Positions 38,970-51,503 of a DNA stretch of 64,000 nt are shown piece after piece. The stretch comes from Eledone cirrhosa. Taxonomy: Eukaryota. Both the position numbers and the translations under genes were made by a program. The stretch's first letter is position 1, and each line of letters opens with the position of its first letter. Where the stretch lies: NCBI GenBank assembly GCA_964016885.1, contig OZ024759.1, positions 27,528,001 through 27,592,000 of the forward strand, given 5' to 3'. Below the pieces are notes generated by a model, which was given only the letters and a program-made list of their open reading frames with translations, was not told the origin of the DNA and ran no database searches.

Positions 38970-39235
38970 TGACTTTCGGAAACATTTTTTCATGCTCAGA
39001 GTTGCTGGAGTATGGAACAAACTACTTTCATCAGTTATTAGCTGTTAGGACACTGCATCCTTCAAAACTTCCATGCTTCCCATAATTTGCCATCATTACA
39101 CCTGATATTCCCCCTTCATTCACACACGCATGTGTGTGTGTGTGTATATCATGACTCATACACTGTTCACTTTCTTGACGTTTGTACATTATTCTATGTA
39201 CTATACATGCAACTTTGAGGAGTTGTAGTGCACCT
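38970..39235 (+). mobile_element. CR1/L2-like LINE 3' fragment
   Basis: FRKHFFMLRVAGVWNKLLSSVISC resembles the CR1-group C-terminal motif. Confidence 0.55.
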
Positions 39236-41183
39236 ACTGGAAGATTTTAATTTAAGTTGGAAACCTTTAAAATGGGTGGTTTTGTTTCATAGAATCAGAG
39301 AAGGGTTTACTAAAATTATTAAGTATTTCATTACTAAGATAATAACTTAATGTAAGGTTCTTATATAAAATTATGTTGGAAGATTTTAATTTAAATTGGA
39401 AAACTTTAAAATGCTCTGGAACTACGGACAAAACTGACCGACAGGAGACCCAGGGGTAGACCCCGAGCAAGATGGTTGGATAACATCCATCAGCTTAGCT
39501 GATCTCGCTTAGGGACCCAGCTGGACTAGTTGGAGACGACTGCTTCTGACAGGACTCACTGCAAGGAGTGTTTGGGGACTCTGACCCACGACCCTCTCAC
39601 GAATAAGTGGACGAAGAAAAAGAAGAGCCTTTAAACTGGATGGTTTTGTTTCATAGAACCAGAGCCAGTCTTGGCAAGGTAGGTAACTAAAGTGTTAAGT
39701 CCTGAGTGTCAATATAATTGACTTCCCCATCCCCTTACAATTGTTGACCTTGTGTCCAAATTAGAAATTATAATCATCATCATCACCATTATTAATACTT
39801 TACCACTCCCCACCGCCACCTCCTATTCCATGACATTTTTAACATAACTTATTATCTGCTGTTGTAAATTTAAAGTCTTCTTCTTCCTCCGTTCGTTCTT
39901 CAGTTGTTAACCTCCTTCACTCGGTTTCCCTATTTGGACAACTGGCTCAACTACCACCAACACCACCACCACTACTACCATCGCCAACACCACCACTACC
40001 ACCTCTACCATTACCACTACAACCACCACCTCTACCACTAACACCACCACCTCCACTATCACTAGCATCTGCCACTAGCACCACCACTGCAATCACCACG
40101 ACCACCACCACTACCACCAACACCAACACCACTACTGCCACCAATACCACTACCAACAAAACCACCACCACTACCACCGCCAACAACACTACCACCACCA
40201 CCACTGCCACCAATACCACTACCAACACCACCACCACTACCAACACCACTATCACCGCCACCACCAACACCACTAACAGCACCACCACCACAATCAACAC
40301 CACTAATACCACCAACACCACCACCACCACCACCACCAACACCGCCACTGCCACCATTACAGCCATTAATTTATACATACCGATGTAATTGTTTCGTCCA
40401 TGTCATTAAATAAATACAAATTTTTGTGATGGATGGTGTCCTGGTTTAAGAAGTGTGTTGTTGAGGAGAGAAGACCCTGGGGTGGGGAGTAAGGTGGCAG
40501 GTGGGGCAAATGCAATATCAACTTTCCCTTCTAAATAATAAATAAATAATTGTGAAAAAAAAAATAAATAAAAAGAACAAATTAAAAAAAAAAGTGCAGA
40601 CACAACTCGCGAATAGTTTTTACTATAAAATTAATTATTGGGGAATAATTATTCAGTCGTAACAAAATGAATCACTATAATAATAATTGTTTCTACTTTT
40701 GGCACAAGGCCAGCCATTATCCAGTGCATTACTGGTACTTTATTTTATCGACCCCGTAAGGATGAAAGGCAAAGTTAACCTCGGCGGGATTTAAACTCAG
40801 AATGGCAAGGGCTGTAACTCTATGCGTCAAAGCATGGCGTCCGAACCTCTACCGATACTGCCAATCCACTTATATAGGCACAAGGCCAGTAATTTGCAGG
40901 GAGGGGAAAGTCGATTAAATCGACTCCAGTGTGTTACTGGTACTTTATTATATCGATCCCCGTAAAGATGAAAAGTAAAGCTAAAGTCGTTGGGATTTGA
41001 ACTCAGAACGTAAATGGCCATAACTCTATGCGGCAAAGCATGGTGTCTGACGCTCTATCGATACTGCCAAAATAAACATCGTCATCATCAGCACAATAAA
41101 TAACATTATCACCATCGTCGTTACATCATTAGCGTCATAGTCATCATCAACGTCGTCGTTATTGTAATCAGTCTAACATTTTT

Positions 41184-41204
41184 ATGACGGATGGTCCAGG
41201 GGAG
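41184..41204 (+). CDS. Candidate first coding exon of the PH-PTB docking protein (MTDGPGE)
   Basis: ATG at 41184, 7 codons, then GAG|GTAATT donor in phase 0, matching the phase-0 acceptor at 42326 (gives ...GE|DHLYKL, like a PH beta-1 strand). Short, so could be chance. Confidence 0.35.
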
Positions 41205-41477
41205 GTAATTGATGCTGTATACAAACTCGGCACAGTTACGTCCCTTGCCAATGTCGCTATTTTATTTCTTCTTTTATAATGTGTCGTTTGGTTCCACCTT
41301 GTTATTTATTTTCAGATATGTCGTGATCTTAACGTTGAATTAAAACTAAGTACACAAAAATGTATTACAGGGGGTTTTGTAAAATGTGTGTATTTATATG
41401 ATTTATATGTATGTATGTATACATACATACAAATACACACACACAAATATATAGATACAGTGTGTATCTGATGATAT

Positions 41478-41652
41478 CAGACCTGCCAACCTCTAAAAAC
41501 CCAAACGGAGAGTACCACGAGAAAAAGAGCCCTAAAATGGGGAGATTTTACATAATGAAAGATATACCCATTTTCGTAAGAGAAGACATCTCTTACCCAC
41601 CCCAAAGTGTGTGGGAGATCTCCCTGTCGGATTGAAAGAGTTGACAGATATG
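41478..41652 (+). mobile_element. MITE with 6-bp TSD (TGATAT)
   Basis: TIR cagacctgccaac / gttgacagatatg; same body as 17989-18182. Confidence 0.72.
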
Positions 41653-42325
41653 TGATATATAGCTCCTGGGGGAGTCATAGGGGCGCCATGTTGACATACG
41701 CTGTTTTCTTTGACGTTTTTTGTTTTTAAATCTTGGTGGAGACAGCTCCACACTAAGTCTAAATACAACAGATTACATCTAGAGAAGGATTGAGAGAGAG
41801 AGAGATATAGAGGAAGAATTCACTCCAGTACTTGACAGGTACTTATTTTTATTGACGTCGAAAGGATAAAAGGCAGAGTTGAACTCAGAGAGCAGAGAGC
41901 AGGAATGAATCCTATAAAGCATTCTATCTGACTTTCTAATGACTCTGCCAATTCACCGCCTTCTTTTTATTTATCTGAGTTCAAATCCTGCCAGGGTTAG
42001 TTTTGCCTTTCATCCTTACAGGGGTCGATATGATAAAATACCAGTAATTCGCTGGGGGTGATTTATTCGACTTTCCTCTTCCCTAGAAAATTATTGACCT
42101 TGTATCAAAAGTCACAAAGAATTATTTTTTCTTATAAAGAGTTCAAATCCTACCAAGGTCTACTTTGCCTGTCATCCTTCCACCGTTGGTAAAATAAAGT
42201 ACAAGTGGTGTACTGGGGTCGATATTATTGGCTTTCCATTTCCACTCAAAATAACTGGCCTTGTGGCTATGTTAGAAAGAATGATAATTTCCCACTAAAT
42301 CCGGTTTTCTTTTATCTAAATCCAG

Positions 42326-42482
42326 GATCATCTATACAAGCTGCGAACCATGTCAGGCCTGCGGACATTTAGTATAAATTACAAACCATGGAGGTTAAAA
42401 TACTTCATCTTAAAGAAGAAAGACGAAAACCTCATGCTGGAATATTACGATAGACAACCTATATTGAAGAGGAACCCTAAAA
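42326..42482 (+). CDS. Docking protein exon: PH domain N-half (DHLYKLRTMSGLRTFSINYKPWRLKYFILKKKDENLMLEYYDRQPILKRNPK)
   Basis: Pyrimidine tract + TCCAG acceptor; donor A|GTAAGT phase 1; HLYK...KPWRLKYFIL...LEYY is a PH beta1-beta3 pattern. Confidence 0.85.
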
Positions 42483-42612
42483 GTAAGTTGGCTCTTGCTG
42501 TATTAACCACACACACATATATATATACATATATAGAATAAGAAAATGCAATATATATATATATACATATATAATAAGAAAATGCAATATATATACATAT
42601 ATATATATATAT

Positions 42613-42901
42613 AATAAGAAAATGCAAAGTAGTTGCAGATGTTAAAGTCCTTTATTGATAAGGCTGTGATACATATTTCAATGACAGTGGCCACACGATT
42701 CCGCACAACCAGTGCCATGATCTCATCAGACAGCTTCATTACATAATAAGGTTACATTTTCAAGACAATCCAAACTAAAATGATAAAGGAACGGACAAAG
42801 ATGATGTTTTTGAAGCGTGGCCACTGTCGTCATTGAAGTATGTATCACAGACTTATCAATAAAGGATTTTAACATCTGCAACTGCTTCGCATTTTCTTAT
42901 T
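42613..42901. repeat. Intronic imperfect inverted repeat, about 85-bp arms
   Basis: 42613-42695 vs 42816-42901 are reverse complements with scattered mismatches. Confidence 0.75.
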
Positions 42902-43266
42902 CCAAATATACTCCATCATTCCTATGTGGAAAAAGTACGTACAGTGCTTGAATTGAATTGCATCAATGTTTTCCGATTCTGTCGATCGATTGGTTATTGA
43001 TTAGGTGATACCTGCTGATGACGCCGCATACGCCGATTATGCATTGTTGCATAATATATGCAGAGAGGGCACAGTGCACCCTACTGCTGCATTAAGTGTG
43101 GCCAAAACTCGACTCTGGGAACTATTATAGGCCCCCATTTTACGTGTATTGTATTGAAGTGAATAACTATGTGTATACTCTGGGAATGTATCTTACATTG
43201 CCTATGGAGTACGCTGAGATACAACCGGTCCTGGCTTTGATAAATATGGTGGGTCCGTCAACTCCT

Positions 43267-43340
<74 letters not shown>

Positions 43341-43572
43341 TACATTATACACACATACATATACACATATATACATACATTATACACAGATACATCCATT
43401 CTGATACACACATGCACGATACATACACACACATGCTAGCAGACACACACATTTATACACAGGCATGCATGCACACATGCAGACACATACACATATCCAC
43501 AGGCCAACATATATCTATATACAAATACCCACAACTGAAATGAAACCCATGTTTCTTGTTTAACTTCTCCAG

Positions 43573-43752
43573 TGCAGCTGTTACTCCAGAAATACCGTGT
43601 GGAGAAGATCACCAATTCCAAGAACCGTGCCTATGTTTTCGAGATCACCACACCAGACAGAAGACTCTGTCTTTCAGCCAATGAACAAAGAACTATGGAT
43701 ATGTTTGTATTCTTTCTACAAATCCAGCGGAAACTAATACGGGATTTAACAG
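43573..43752 (+). CDS. Docking protein exon: PH domain C-half (MQLLLQKYRVEKITNSKNRAYVFEITTPDRRLCLSANEQRTMDMFVFFLQIQRKLIRDLT)
   Basis: CTCCAG acceptor, phase 1 matches previous exon; VFEITTPDRRLCLSA followed by a helix is the PH beta6-beta7-alpha1 signature; donor G|GTTAGT phase 1. Confidence 0.88.
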
Positions 43753-44657
43753 GTTAGTTCCTTCGTCTTCTTCTTCCTCTGATTCTCTTTCATCTACTTC
43801 CTTCGATTCTATTTCTTCTACTTCCTTCGATTCTATTTCTTCTTCTTCCTTCGATTCTCCTTCTGTTTCTCTTTCTTCTTTCTTCGATTCTCCTTCTTCT
43901 TGTTTCTCTTCTTCTATTTCCTTCAATTACCTTTCTTCTTCCTCCTCCTCCAATTCTTTTTCTCCTTCCTCCTCCTCCAATTCTTTTTCTCCTTCCTCCT
44001 CCTCCAATTCTTTTTCTTCCACATCTTCCAATTCTTCTCCTTCACATTTTCGCACTTCAACACATCTGGAGACAATGTTCCTTCACATTTATATTTCATA
44101 TTTCATTACACAACTACTTTCATGTCTTCTGTCATACCTCCTATAACATTTTTGTCGTCAAAGGGAAATAATCTCTTAAGCATTTTTGTTCATATTTCGT
44201 AGTTTATAAATGGTAGATGTTATTTTGACATAATACATAGGGCAAAGGGAGATAGTCAACAAAATAGACTTGCTTATGAAGAATTACACTCTATATTAAT
44301 TTAAACTAAATTGAATTAAACCGAATCAAATCAATATTGTTGTATATTCACAACTGGCTTGAACATTTCAATGAAATTCTTTTCATTTATCTTTTTGTTT
44401 TAATATTTCACTTGAACCATGGGGTTTCAAAATTCAAACAGTAATTTTTTAAATCCAGTATCTCTATATATATGTGTATTTGTATATGCATATTTATATA
44501 TATATGTGTGTGAATATGTGTGTGTATATGTATGTGCATATATATATATATATATATGTATACACAATATGTATGTGAATATATATGTGTTATTCTTGGT
44601 TATTCTCTTACATATGTATATATATATATATATACATATATAGAAATAAACCCTACT

Positions 44658-44873
44658 TTAACCCTTTAGCATTTAAACCGGCCATATCCAGCCAGAATTC
44701 TCTCACCTCTTTCTGTTCAAACCACCCATAACCGGCCTCTCATACTAATGTTAAGGTATTGTTCTCAAAATAAATAATATCAAAATCTCATAGATTCGAT
44801 ATTATGTGAGGTAAATCCTTTACCCTGAAAATATGATAGTAAATATACAGTAATGTAAATGCTAAAGGGTTAA
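44658..44873 (+). mobile_element. piggyBac-type MITE (family also 23960-24372, 48056-48560, 49445-49633, 55692-55920, 59151-59808, 59917-60143)
   Basis: TTAA-CCCTTTAGCATTTA ... TAAATGCTAAAGGG-TTAA termini, about 210-225 bp. Confidence 0.85.
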
Positions 44874-46239
44874 AATATTTGTTTGCTTCTCTGTTGCTCT
44901 AATTTCACTCCTTTCATTCTTTTCTTATTTTTCTTTTTCTTCTTCCTCCTCTTTCTTCTTCTCTTCAAATCACTGTATTCTCATGGCTCCACTTAAAATT
45001 AACCCTCTGCTGGTCTTACTCTACTTCTACCCAACAGACTAACATGGTGAGTTTCAAATCAGCTTGCTCACTAACACTGCTTTTCTTTTCTTTTGCATTT
45101 GTTTTTTCATTTGTTGCTTTTATTATTGTTTTGCTTGGATTGGCAGTACCGGTAGAGGGTCGGAGGCCATGCTTTGAAGCATAGAGTTACCTCCCTGATG
45201 ATCTGAGTTCAAATCCTGCCGAGGTTAACTTTGCCTTTCATCCTTACGGGGTCGATAAAATAAAGTACCAGTAATGCACTAGGTAATTGCTGGCCTTGTG
45301 CCAAAAGTTGAAACAATTATTTTTGTAGAGGGTCGGGCGCCATGCTTTCCAGCATAGAGTTACTTCGCTTTAAGGTCTGAGTTCAAATCCCGCCCAGGTT
45401 AACTTTGCCTTTCATCCTTACGGGGTTCGATAATGCACTGGGATCATTTAATCGACTTTCCTCTCCCCTTTAAATTGCTGGCCTTGTGCCTAAAGCAGAA
45501 CTGTTGTTGTTGTTTTGTTTCTTTTATCAAATAAACAAACAATAAAAAGATTAATAAAAGAAATAAAAAACAATAAATAAAGTGGTAGTGCTGGTGTCAC
45601 AACAAAAACTACCCAGCCCACCCTGTAATATGGTAGAGCTAGTGTCACAACAGTGCACCTGAGCATTGTACACAATAATTCTCATTATTATAAGCTGTTT
45701 GTTGGCAGCAAAAACTTCTCCTTTTTCCCTCCCACTCCTTGTTTTTGTTTTCCTCCTTCTCCTCCTCCTCCTCCAATGCTTGCAACAGTGTGACCTTCAT
45801 TCAGTGCAATCACTGACAAGATCACTGGTTATGTTATATATATATATATATATGTCTAACCCATGTTAGCGTGGAAAATGGACGTTAATCGAAGATGATG
45901 ATGATGATGATATGTGTGTGTGTGTATATATATATGTGTATGTATGTATGTGCATGTATAGAATGGGGTCCAGGGTGGTGGGTGTCGATTGATTATTGAG
46001 TTGATAATAAATCACAAATGAACAGAGTGCATTATATCATAGATCTGATATGAACCAGGACATAGCAAGCAGGAACCACAATAATGAGCAGGAGTGAGTG
46101 TGAGTGAGTGTTTGTGTGCATGAGAGTGTGTGTGTTTATGTAAGTGTATATGTATGTGTCTAAAATCAATTCTTTGAAAACCCTCTATATATCATCATCA
46201 TCATCATTTTACTTCCGCTTTTCCCTGCTTGCAAGGGTG

Positions 46240-46320
<81 letters not shown>

Positions 46321-46889
46321 AATATATATAAGCAATGAGTTATTAAATTTGTTGATTATTCAACAAATTTAGTTTATAACAGATTAGAAGCGCTCAACAG
46401 ATTTACTGCTTTCACCCTTAACAGGACCTTCTGAAACTAAAAAAAACAATCTATGAACGCAGAAGTAAATATTTCAAAAAACGTTACACACTATATATAT
46501 ACACATATACACACAGACACAGATAGTGTCATAATTCAGACAGACAGACAGATATTATAAGGGCATCATGTCATAGCTTTGTGCCTCCATATATATATAT
46601 ATAACGGAGGAGTTGTGGTAAGGAACCAAATGGACTATAACGCACCAGAGTACTCATTACTTAGGGTAGTAGAGTGGGTAATAGGAGAAAGTATGACTCC
46701 GATGGCAGAGCTCAAGCCATTTCGACGGCTATTTCTGGACCTTAGTCATACTTTCTCCTATATATATATACACATAAAGACATATATTGATCATAATATA
46801 TATATGTATTTACGAGATGAAATTCAATTGTGTTCAAATCTGAGGTAAATTCCACAGATCTTAGAGATTAATATGATTCTATATTGCAG

Positions 46890-47002
46890 AGGACTATATT
46901 GTGGTACAACCAGAGAATTCAGAGACTCTACGGCGTATTGGAGCAAGAGGATGCCCTTGTTTGCTCTATATCTCACCATATGGAGTCACTCTCGCTCTTC
47001 AG
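46890..47002 (+). CDS. Docking protein exon: start of IRS-type PTB domain (EDYIVVQPENSETLRRIGARGCPCLLYISPYGVTLALQ)
   Basis: TTGCAG acceptor, open in phase 1, donor CAG|GTAAGT phase 0; too short for the ORF track. Confidence 0.85.
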
Positions 47003-47345
47003 GTAAGTTTTCTTCTTCCTTCACATTGTTATTTTACTAAAGACACCTTTTAGTGGGCTAGTGTGTGTGTCTGTGTGGATAGGTGTGTCTGTGTGGACTG
47101 GTGTGTGTGTGTGTATGTGGACAGGTGTGTCAGTGTGTGGACTGGTGTGTGTGTGTATGTGGACAGGTGTGTCTGTGTGGACTGGTGTGTGTGTGTATGT
47201 GGACAGGTGTGTCAGTGTGTGTGGGTGGACAGCTGTGTCTGTGTGTGCATATATGTGGACAGGAGTGTGTGTGTATGTGGAAAGATTGTGTCAGTGTGTG
47301 TGTTTGTGTGAGAACGTGTGTGTTTGTGTATGTAGAAATCATTAT

Positions 47346-47762
47346 TGGATTGGCAGTATCGGTAGAGGGTTGGACGCCATGCTTTGCAGCACAGTTACGT
47401 CTCTTTACGGACTGAGTTCAAATCCCGCCGAGGTTGACTTTGCCTTTCATCTTTTTGGGGGTCGATAAAGTAAAGTACCAGTAATACACTGGGATAATTG
47501 CTGGCCTTGTGCCAAAAGTAGAAACAATTATTATTATTGAGGTTCGTGGATTGGCAGTAGAATCGGTAGAGTGTTAGACAACATGCTTTGTGGCATAGAG
47601 TTTCGGCCCTTTACATTCTGAGTTCAAATCCCACCGAGGTTAACTTTGCCTTTCATCCTTACAGGGAGTTGATAAAATAAAACACCAGTAATGCACTGAG
47701 GTCGATTTAATCGACTTTCCCCTCTCCCCCCAAATTGCTGGCCTTCTGCCTAAATCAGAAAC

Positions 47763-47765
<3 letters not shown>
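47346..47765 (+). mobile_element. Two tandem copies of a second tRNA-derived SINE family (others at about 9750-9925, 17330-17470, 22215-22425, 24150-24335, 40685-41070, 41960-42280, 45135-45500, 59586-59771, 62130-62315)
   Basis: Head ttggcagtatcggtagag, B box gagttcaaatccc, body ctttgcctttcatccttacggggtcgataaaataaagtaccagt, tail ggccttgtgcc + (ATT)n. Confidence 0.8.
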
Positions 47766-47799
<34 letters not shown>

Positions 47800-47815
47800 G
47801 TTGACTTTTTTCTAG

Positions 47816-48019
47816 GGATCACTCCGAGTTCTAGCCCAGTGGCCTTTAAAAAGCATTCGCTGCTATGAAAGTTCCTGCCAAGGACAATTCTCATTGGAAG
47901 CTGGTCGTGTTGCTCCGATGGGGGATGGATTATACATTTTTAACACCCAACCTGGTGATGATGACCGCTTATATGACTTGTTAGACAGACATGTGGTCAA
48001 TGCTTTACAAAAAATACGG
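47816..48019 (+). CDS. Docking protein exon: IRS-type PTB core (GSLRVLAQWPLKSIRCYESSCQGQFSLEAGRVAPMGDGLYIFNTQPGDDDRLYDLLDRHVVNALQKIR)
   Basis: TTTTCTAG acceptor, 68 codons, donor CGG|GTAAGA; WPLxxIRxY...FSxEAGR...GxGxYxF is the DOK/FRS2/IRS PTB signature. Confidence 0.92.
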
Positions 48020-49124
48020 GTAAGAAAAATCCAACTGTTTTTTTTTTTTACTCTCTTAACGCATTTAAACCAGCTGCATCCGGCCAGAATTTCCTCAACT
48101 CTTTCTACACGAACTGGCTGTATCCAGTAGCTCATACTGATGTTAACCCTTTACAATTTACATTACTCTATATTTACTATTGTATTTTCACAGTAAAGGC
48201 TTTACCTCACGTAATTATCTCACATAATAGCGAATCTACGGGATTTTGATAGTATTTATTTTGTGAACAATACCTTAACATCAGTATGAACGGACAGTTA
48301 TGCTAGTTTGAACAGAAAGAGGTGAGAGAATTCTGGCCGGATATGACTGGTTTAAATGCTAAAGGGTTAAGGTATTGTTCTCAAAATGAATAATATCAAA
48401 ATCTCATAGATTCGATATTATGTGAGATAATTATGTGAAGGAGCCTTATGTGAAAATATAGAGTAATGTAAATGCTAAAGGGTTAACCCTTTGGCATTTA
48501 AATCAGCTGTATCCAGCCGGAATTCTCTCACATCTTTCTGCTCAAACTGGCTGTAACCAGCTGCTCATACTGATGTATATTTATATGTATATACACTACG
48601 GGTACAAGCCAAAGCTGAAGCATATAGACAATATGCCCCCACCCGCTCCCACTGCAAAGTGGACGTGTAGGTGCAACGGCAAAAAAGCACCCAGCACTCA
48701 CTGTAAATGAGGTTGGTGTTAGGAAGGGCATCCAGCTGTAGAAATCAAGCCAGAATCAGTTCCCGTATGATCAAGACAAGGTCAGCCAACTGGACACTGC
48801 CCACAACAGGACAACCCGTCTAACCCATGCTAGCGTGGAAGAACGGACATAAAATGGTGATGATGATGATATATATAAATATATGTATATATATATATAT
48901 GTATGTATGTATATATATATATGTATGTATGTATATATATATTTATTATCTTCTGAAGATCTCAAGGGTGAAAGGAGCGATTCTTTGCTTAAATTTTAAT
49001 CTGTTCTTATAATAAATATTTGCTCTATAGGTTTTTAGATATTTATATATATAATCCTTATCGAGCCCTCTTCGGATTTTAGTCTTCACATTTATTATTA
49101 ATATATATATATATATATATATAC

Positions 49125-49990
49125 TAGGTAGCATCAAAAAGTTCCCGGATTAGTTATGTTTAAAAACTAATATAATTACCTAAGTTTTAATATTATCTCC
49201 TTCGAAATAGTCATCTTAAACAGCAATATACCAGTCCCAGTGTTCCTGTCACTTTTGGAATCTGGCCTGGAAGTCGTTTTACTTCAGCAAATCAAGGACC
49301 ATCTGCAATTCACAATGGATCTCGACAACGCTGTTAAAATGGTGACCTTTGAAAAATGGTGACCTTTGGAAAAATGGTGACCTTTGAAAAATGGTGACCT
49401 CGACAACGCTGTTAAAATGGTGACCTTTAAGCTGCATTTTTGGCTTAATCCTTTAGCATTTAAACCTCTTTCTGTTCAAACTGGCTGCTTATCCAACATT
49501 AAGGTATTGTTCTCAAAATAAATGATATCAAAATCTCATAGATTCGATATTATGTGAGATAATTATGTAAGATAAAGCCTTTACCATGAAAATACAATAG
49601 TATATATAGAGTAATGTAAATGCTAAAGAATTAAAGAAGAGATGGAAGTCCGCAGTTGCCGAATCTGGCAAATAGGGCGAGTGTGGAAGTGATACAATAG
49701 TGTTTTTGATGAGAAACTCATGAGTGAGGAGAGCTCGGTGTCAGGGTGTCATCATGAAGAATCCAATTCTTCACGCTCCACACATCCAGCCGCTTTCGTC
49801 GAACATCTTCCCTCAAACACCTAGCAGTAGAACTCTCGATTGACGATCTGGCCCTGGGGATTAAATTCTCAATGCACAATACGCGGATATCGAAAAACAC
49901 GACGAGCATGCTCTGAATTGAGCTGCGGCTTTTGAAGCGCCCGTGCTACTTGAAACATTGTGTATGACCCATTACCTCGTCGCTGTTTAG
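49125..49990 (-). pseudogene. Mariner transposase relic, interrupted by a MITE
   Basis: Minus strand MLVVFFDIR, WILHDD, LPHSPYLPDSATADFHLF, FQK*QEHWDWYIAV*DDYFEGD; stops and deletions; TTAA MITE at about 49445-49633. Confidence 0.75.
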
Positions 49991-50107
49991 TTATTGTAAC
50001 CACTCTTTACATCAACTTTATCCTCTCATCACTTTGTAAAAGTCTGGGGAGATCAGCTACACATACACATTATATATTGTTTTGCTTTGTTTTTCCACCT
50101 CTAACAG

Positions 50108-50258
50108 CCTGGTCAACAAATTGCTCACCAAATTGAAGAATATGCCACAGAAACCAAGCAGCTTCAATCCCTCACACAGTTCTCCATCTGTACACAACAC
50201 CAAGAAGAGATACCTCGAATTTTACAGGAAAACTGGAATCTCATTTTACCATCTTTCG
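50108..50258 (+). CDS. Docking protein exon (PGQQIAHQIEEYATETKQLQSLTQFSICTQHQEEIPRILQENWNLILPSF)
   Basis: Pyrimidine tract + CTAACAG acceptor, open in phase 0, donor G|GTAACT phase 1; links both neighbours in frame. Confidence 0.75.
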
Positions 50259-50549
50259 GTAACTATTCCTTTCTACTGGTTTACCGGTTACCATTATTTG
50301 CTGCTGTTGATGATGATGATGATAAGCATCACCATTTCATTCCTATTTTCCATGCTTGGGTGGTGGTGGTGGTGGCGGCATTCATCTTCTTCTCTCTCTC
50401 CTCCTGCTGTTTCCTTCTTTCCCCTCCTCCTCTTTCTTCTTCTCCTGCTTCTTTCTCCTCCTCCTCCTTCTTTCTTCCTTCTCCTTTTCTTCTTTCTGTT
50501 CCTCCTTGTTCCTTCTCCTCTGAGTTGTTATTCCTTCCATATATTTCAG

Positions 50550-50625
50550 ATATCAGCCGACGTACATCCTCTTCCATCACAGTACCGGCACGGCCACCCC
50601 TCAATCGGCCAGACTTTCTTGCCAA
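50550..50625 (+). CDS. Docking protein exon (DISRRTSSSITVPARPPLNRPDFLA)
   Basis: TTTCAG acceptor phase 1, donor AA|GTAAGT phase 2 matching the terminal exon. Confidence 0.78.
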
Positions 50626-50666
50626 GTAAGTTGGAATTGGTATTTTTAATTCACTTGTATCGCGGT

Positions 50667-51121
50667 ACAATGACCTCCCCCTAGTGTTGGAGACACAATG
50701 ACCTCCCCCTAGTGTTGGTGATACAATGACCTCCCCCTAGTGTTGGAGACACAATGACCTCCCCCTAGTGTTGGAGACACAATGACCTCCCCCTAGTGTT
50801 GGTGATACAATGACCTCCCCCTAGTGTTGGTGATACAATGACCTCCCTAGTGTTGGTGACACAATGACCTCCCCCTAGTGTTGGTGACACAATGACCTCC
50901 CCCTAGTGTTGGAGACACAATGACCTCCCCCTAGTGTTGGTGATACAATGACCTCCCCCTAGTGTTGGTGACACAATGACCTCCCTAGTGTTGGTGACAC
51001 AATGACCTCCCCCTAGTGTTGGTGACACAATGACCTCCCCCTAGTGTTGGTGACACAATGACCTCCCTAGTGTTGGTGACACAATGACCTCCCCCTAGTG
51101 TTGGTGACACAATGACCTCCC
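50667..51121 (+). repeat. Intronic 28-bp minisatellite, about 16 copies
   Basis: acaatgacctccccctagtgttggtgac with 26-bp variants. Confidence 0.92.
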
Positions 51122-51503
51122 TCGTAGATTTAATATTATGTAAGATAAACCTTTACTGTGAAAATACAATAGTAAATATAGAGTAATGTAAATGCTAAAG
51201 GGTTAACCCTTTCCTGACTGTATTTCTATGAAAGAGTTAATGAATTTTTTGAGTGATCTACCACTAAAATGATTAATTATTTCATTAAGACAGTAACTTA
51301 AATGGTTCATATATAATATTATGTTGGAAGATTTTAATTTAAATACGAACCCTTTAACTTAAATAGGAACCCTTTAATTTAAATACGAACCCTTTAATTA
51401 AAATAGGAACACTTTGATTTAAATAGGAACCCCTTGATTTAAATGGGAACATTTTAAAGATCTTATTCTTATTGTTCTTTCTCTTTGTCTTCTGTTTGTG
51501 TAG

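Noticed and set aside
41316-41380. TTTCAG acceptor-like site upstream of the PH exon
   Set aside because: No good phase-0 donor follows; its ATG is followed by TCG TGA.
42676-42734. Minus-strand CTGATGA followed by a hairpin
   Set aside because: No GAAA core or stem I partner; at most a decayed motif.
50082-50684. 200-aa ORF with hydrophobic stretches
   Set aside because: Off-frame overlap of two real exons plus a pyrimidine-rich intron.
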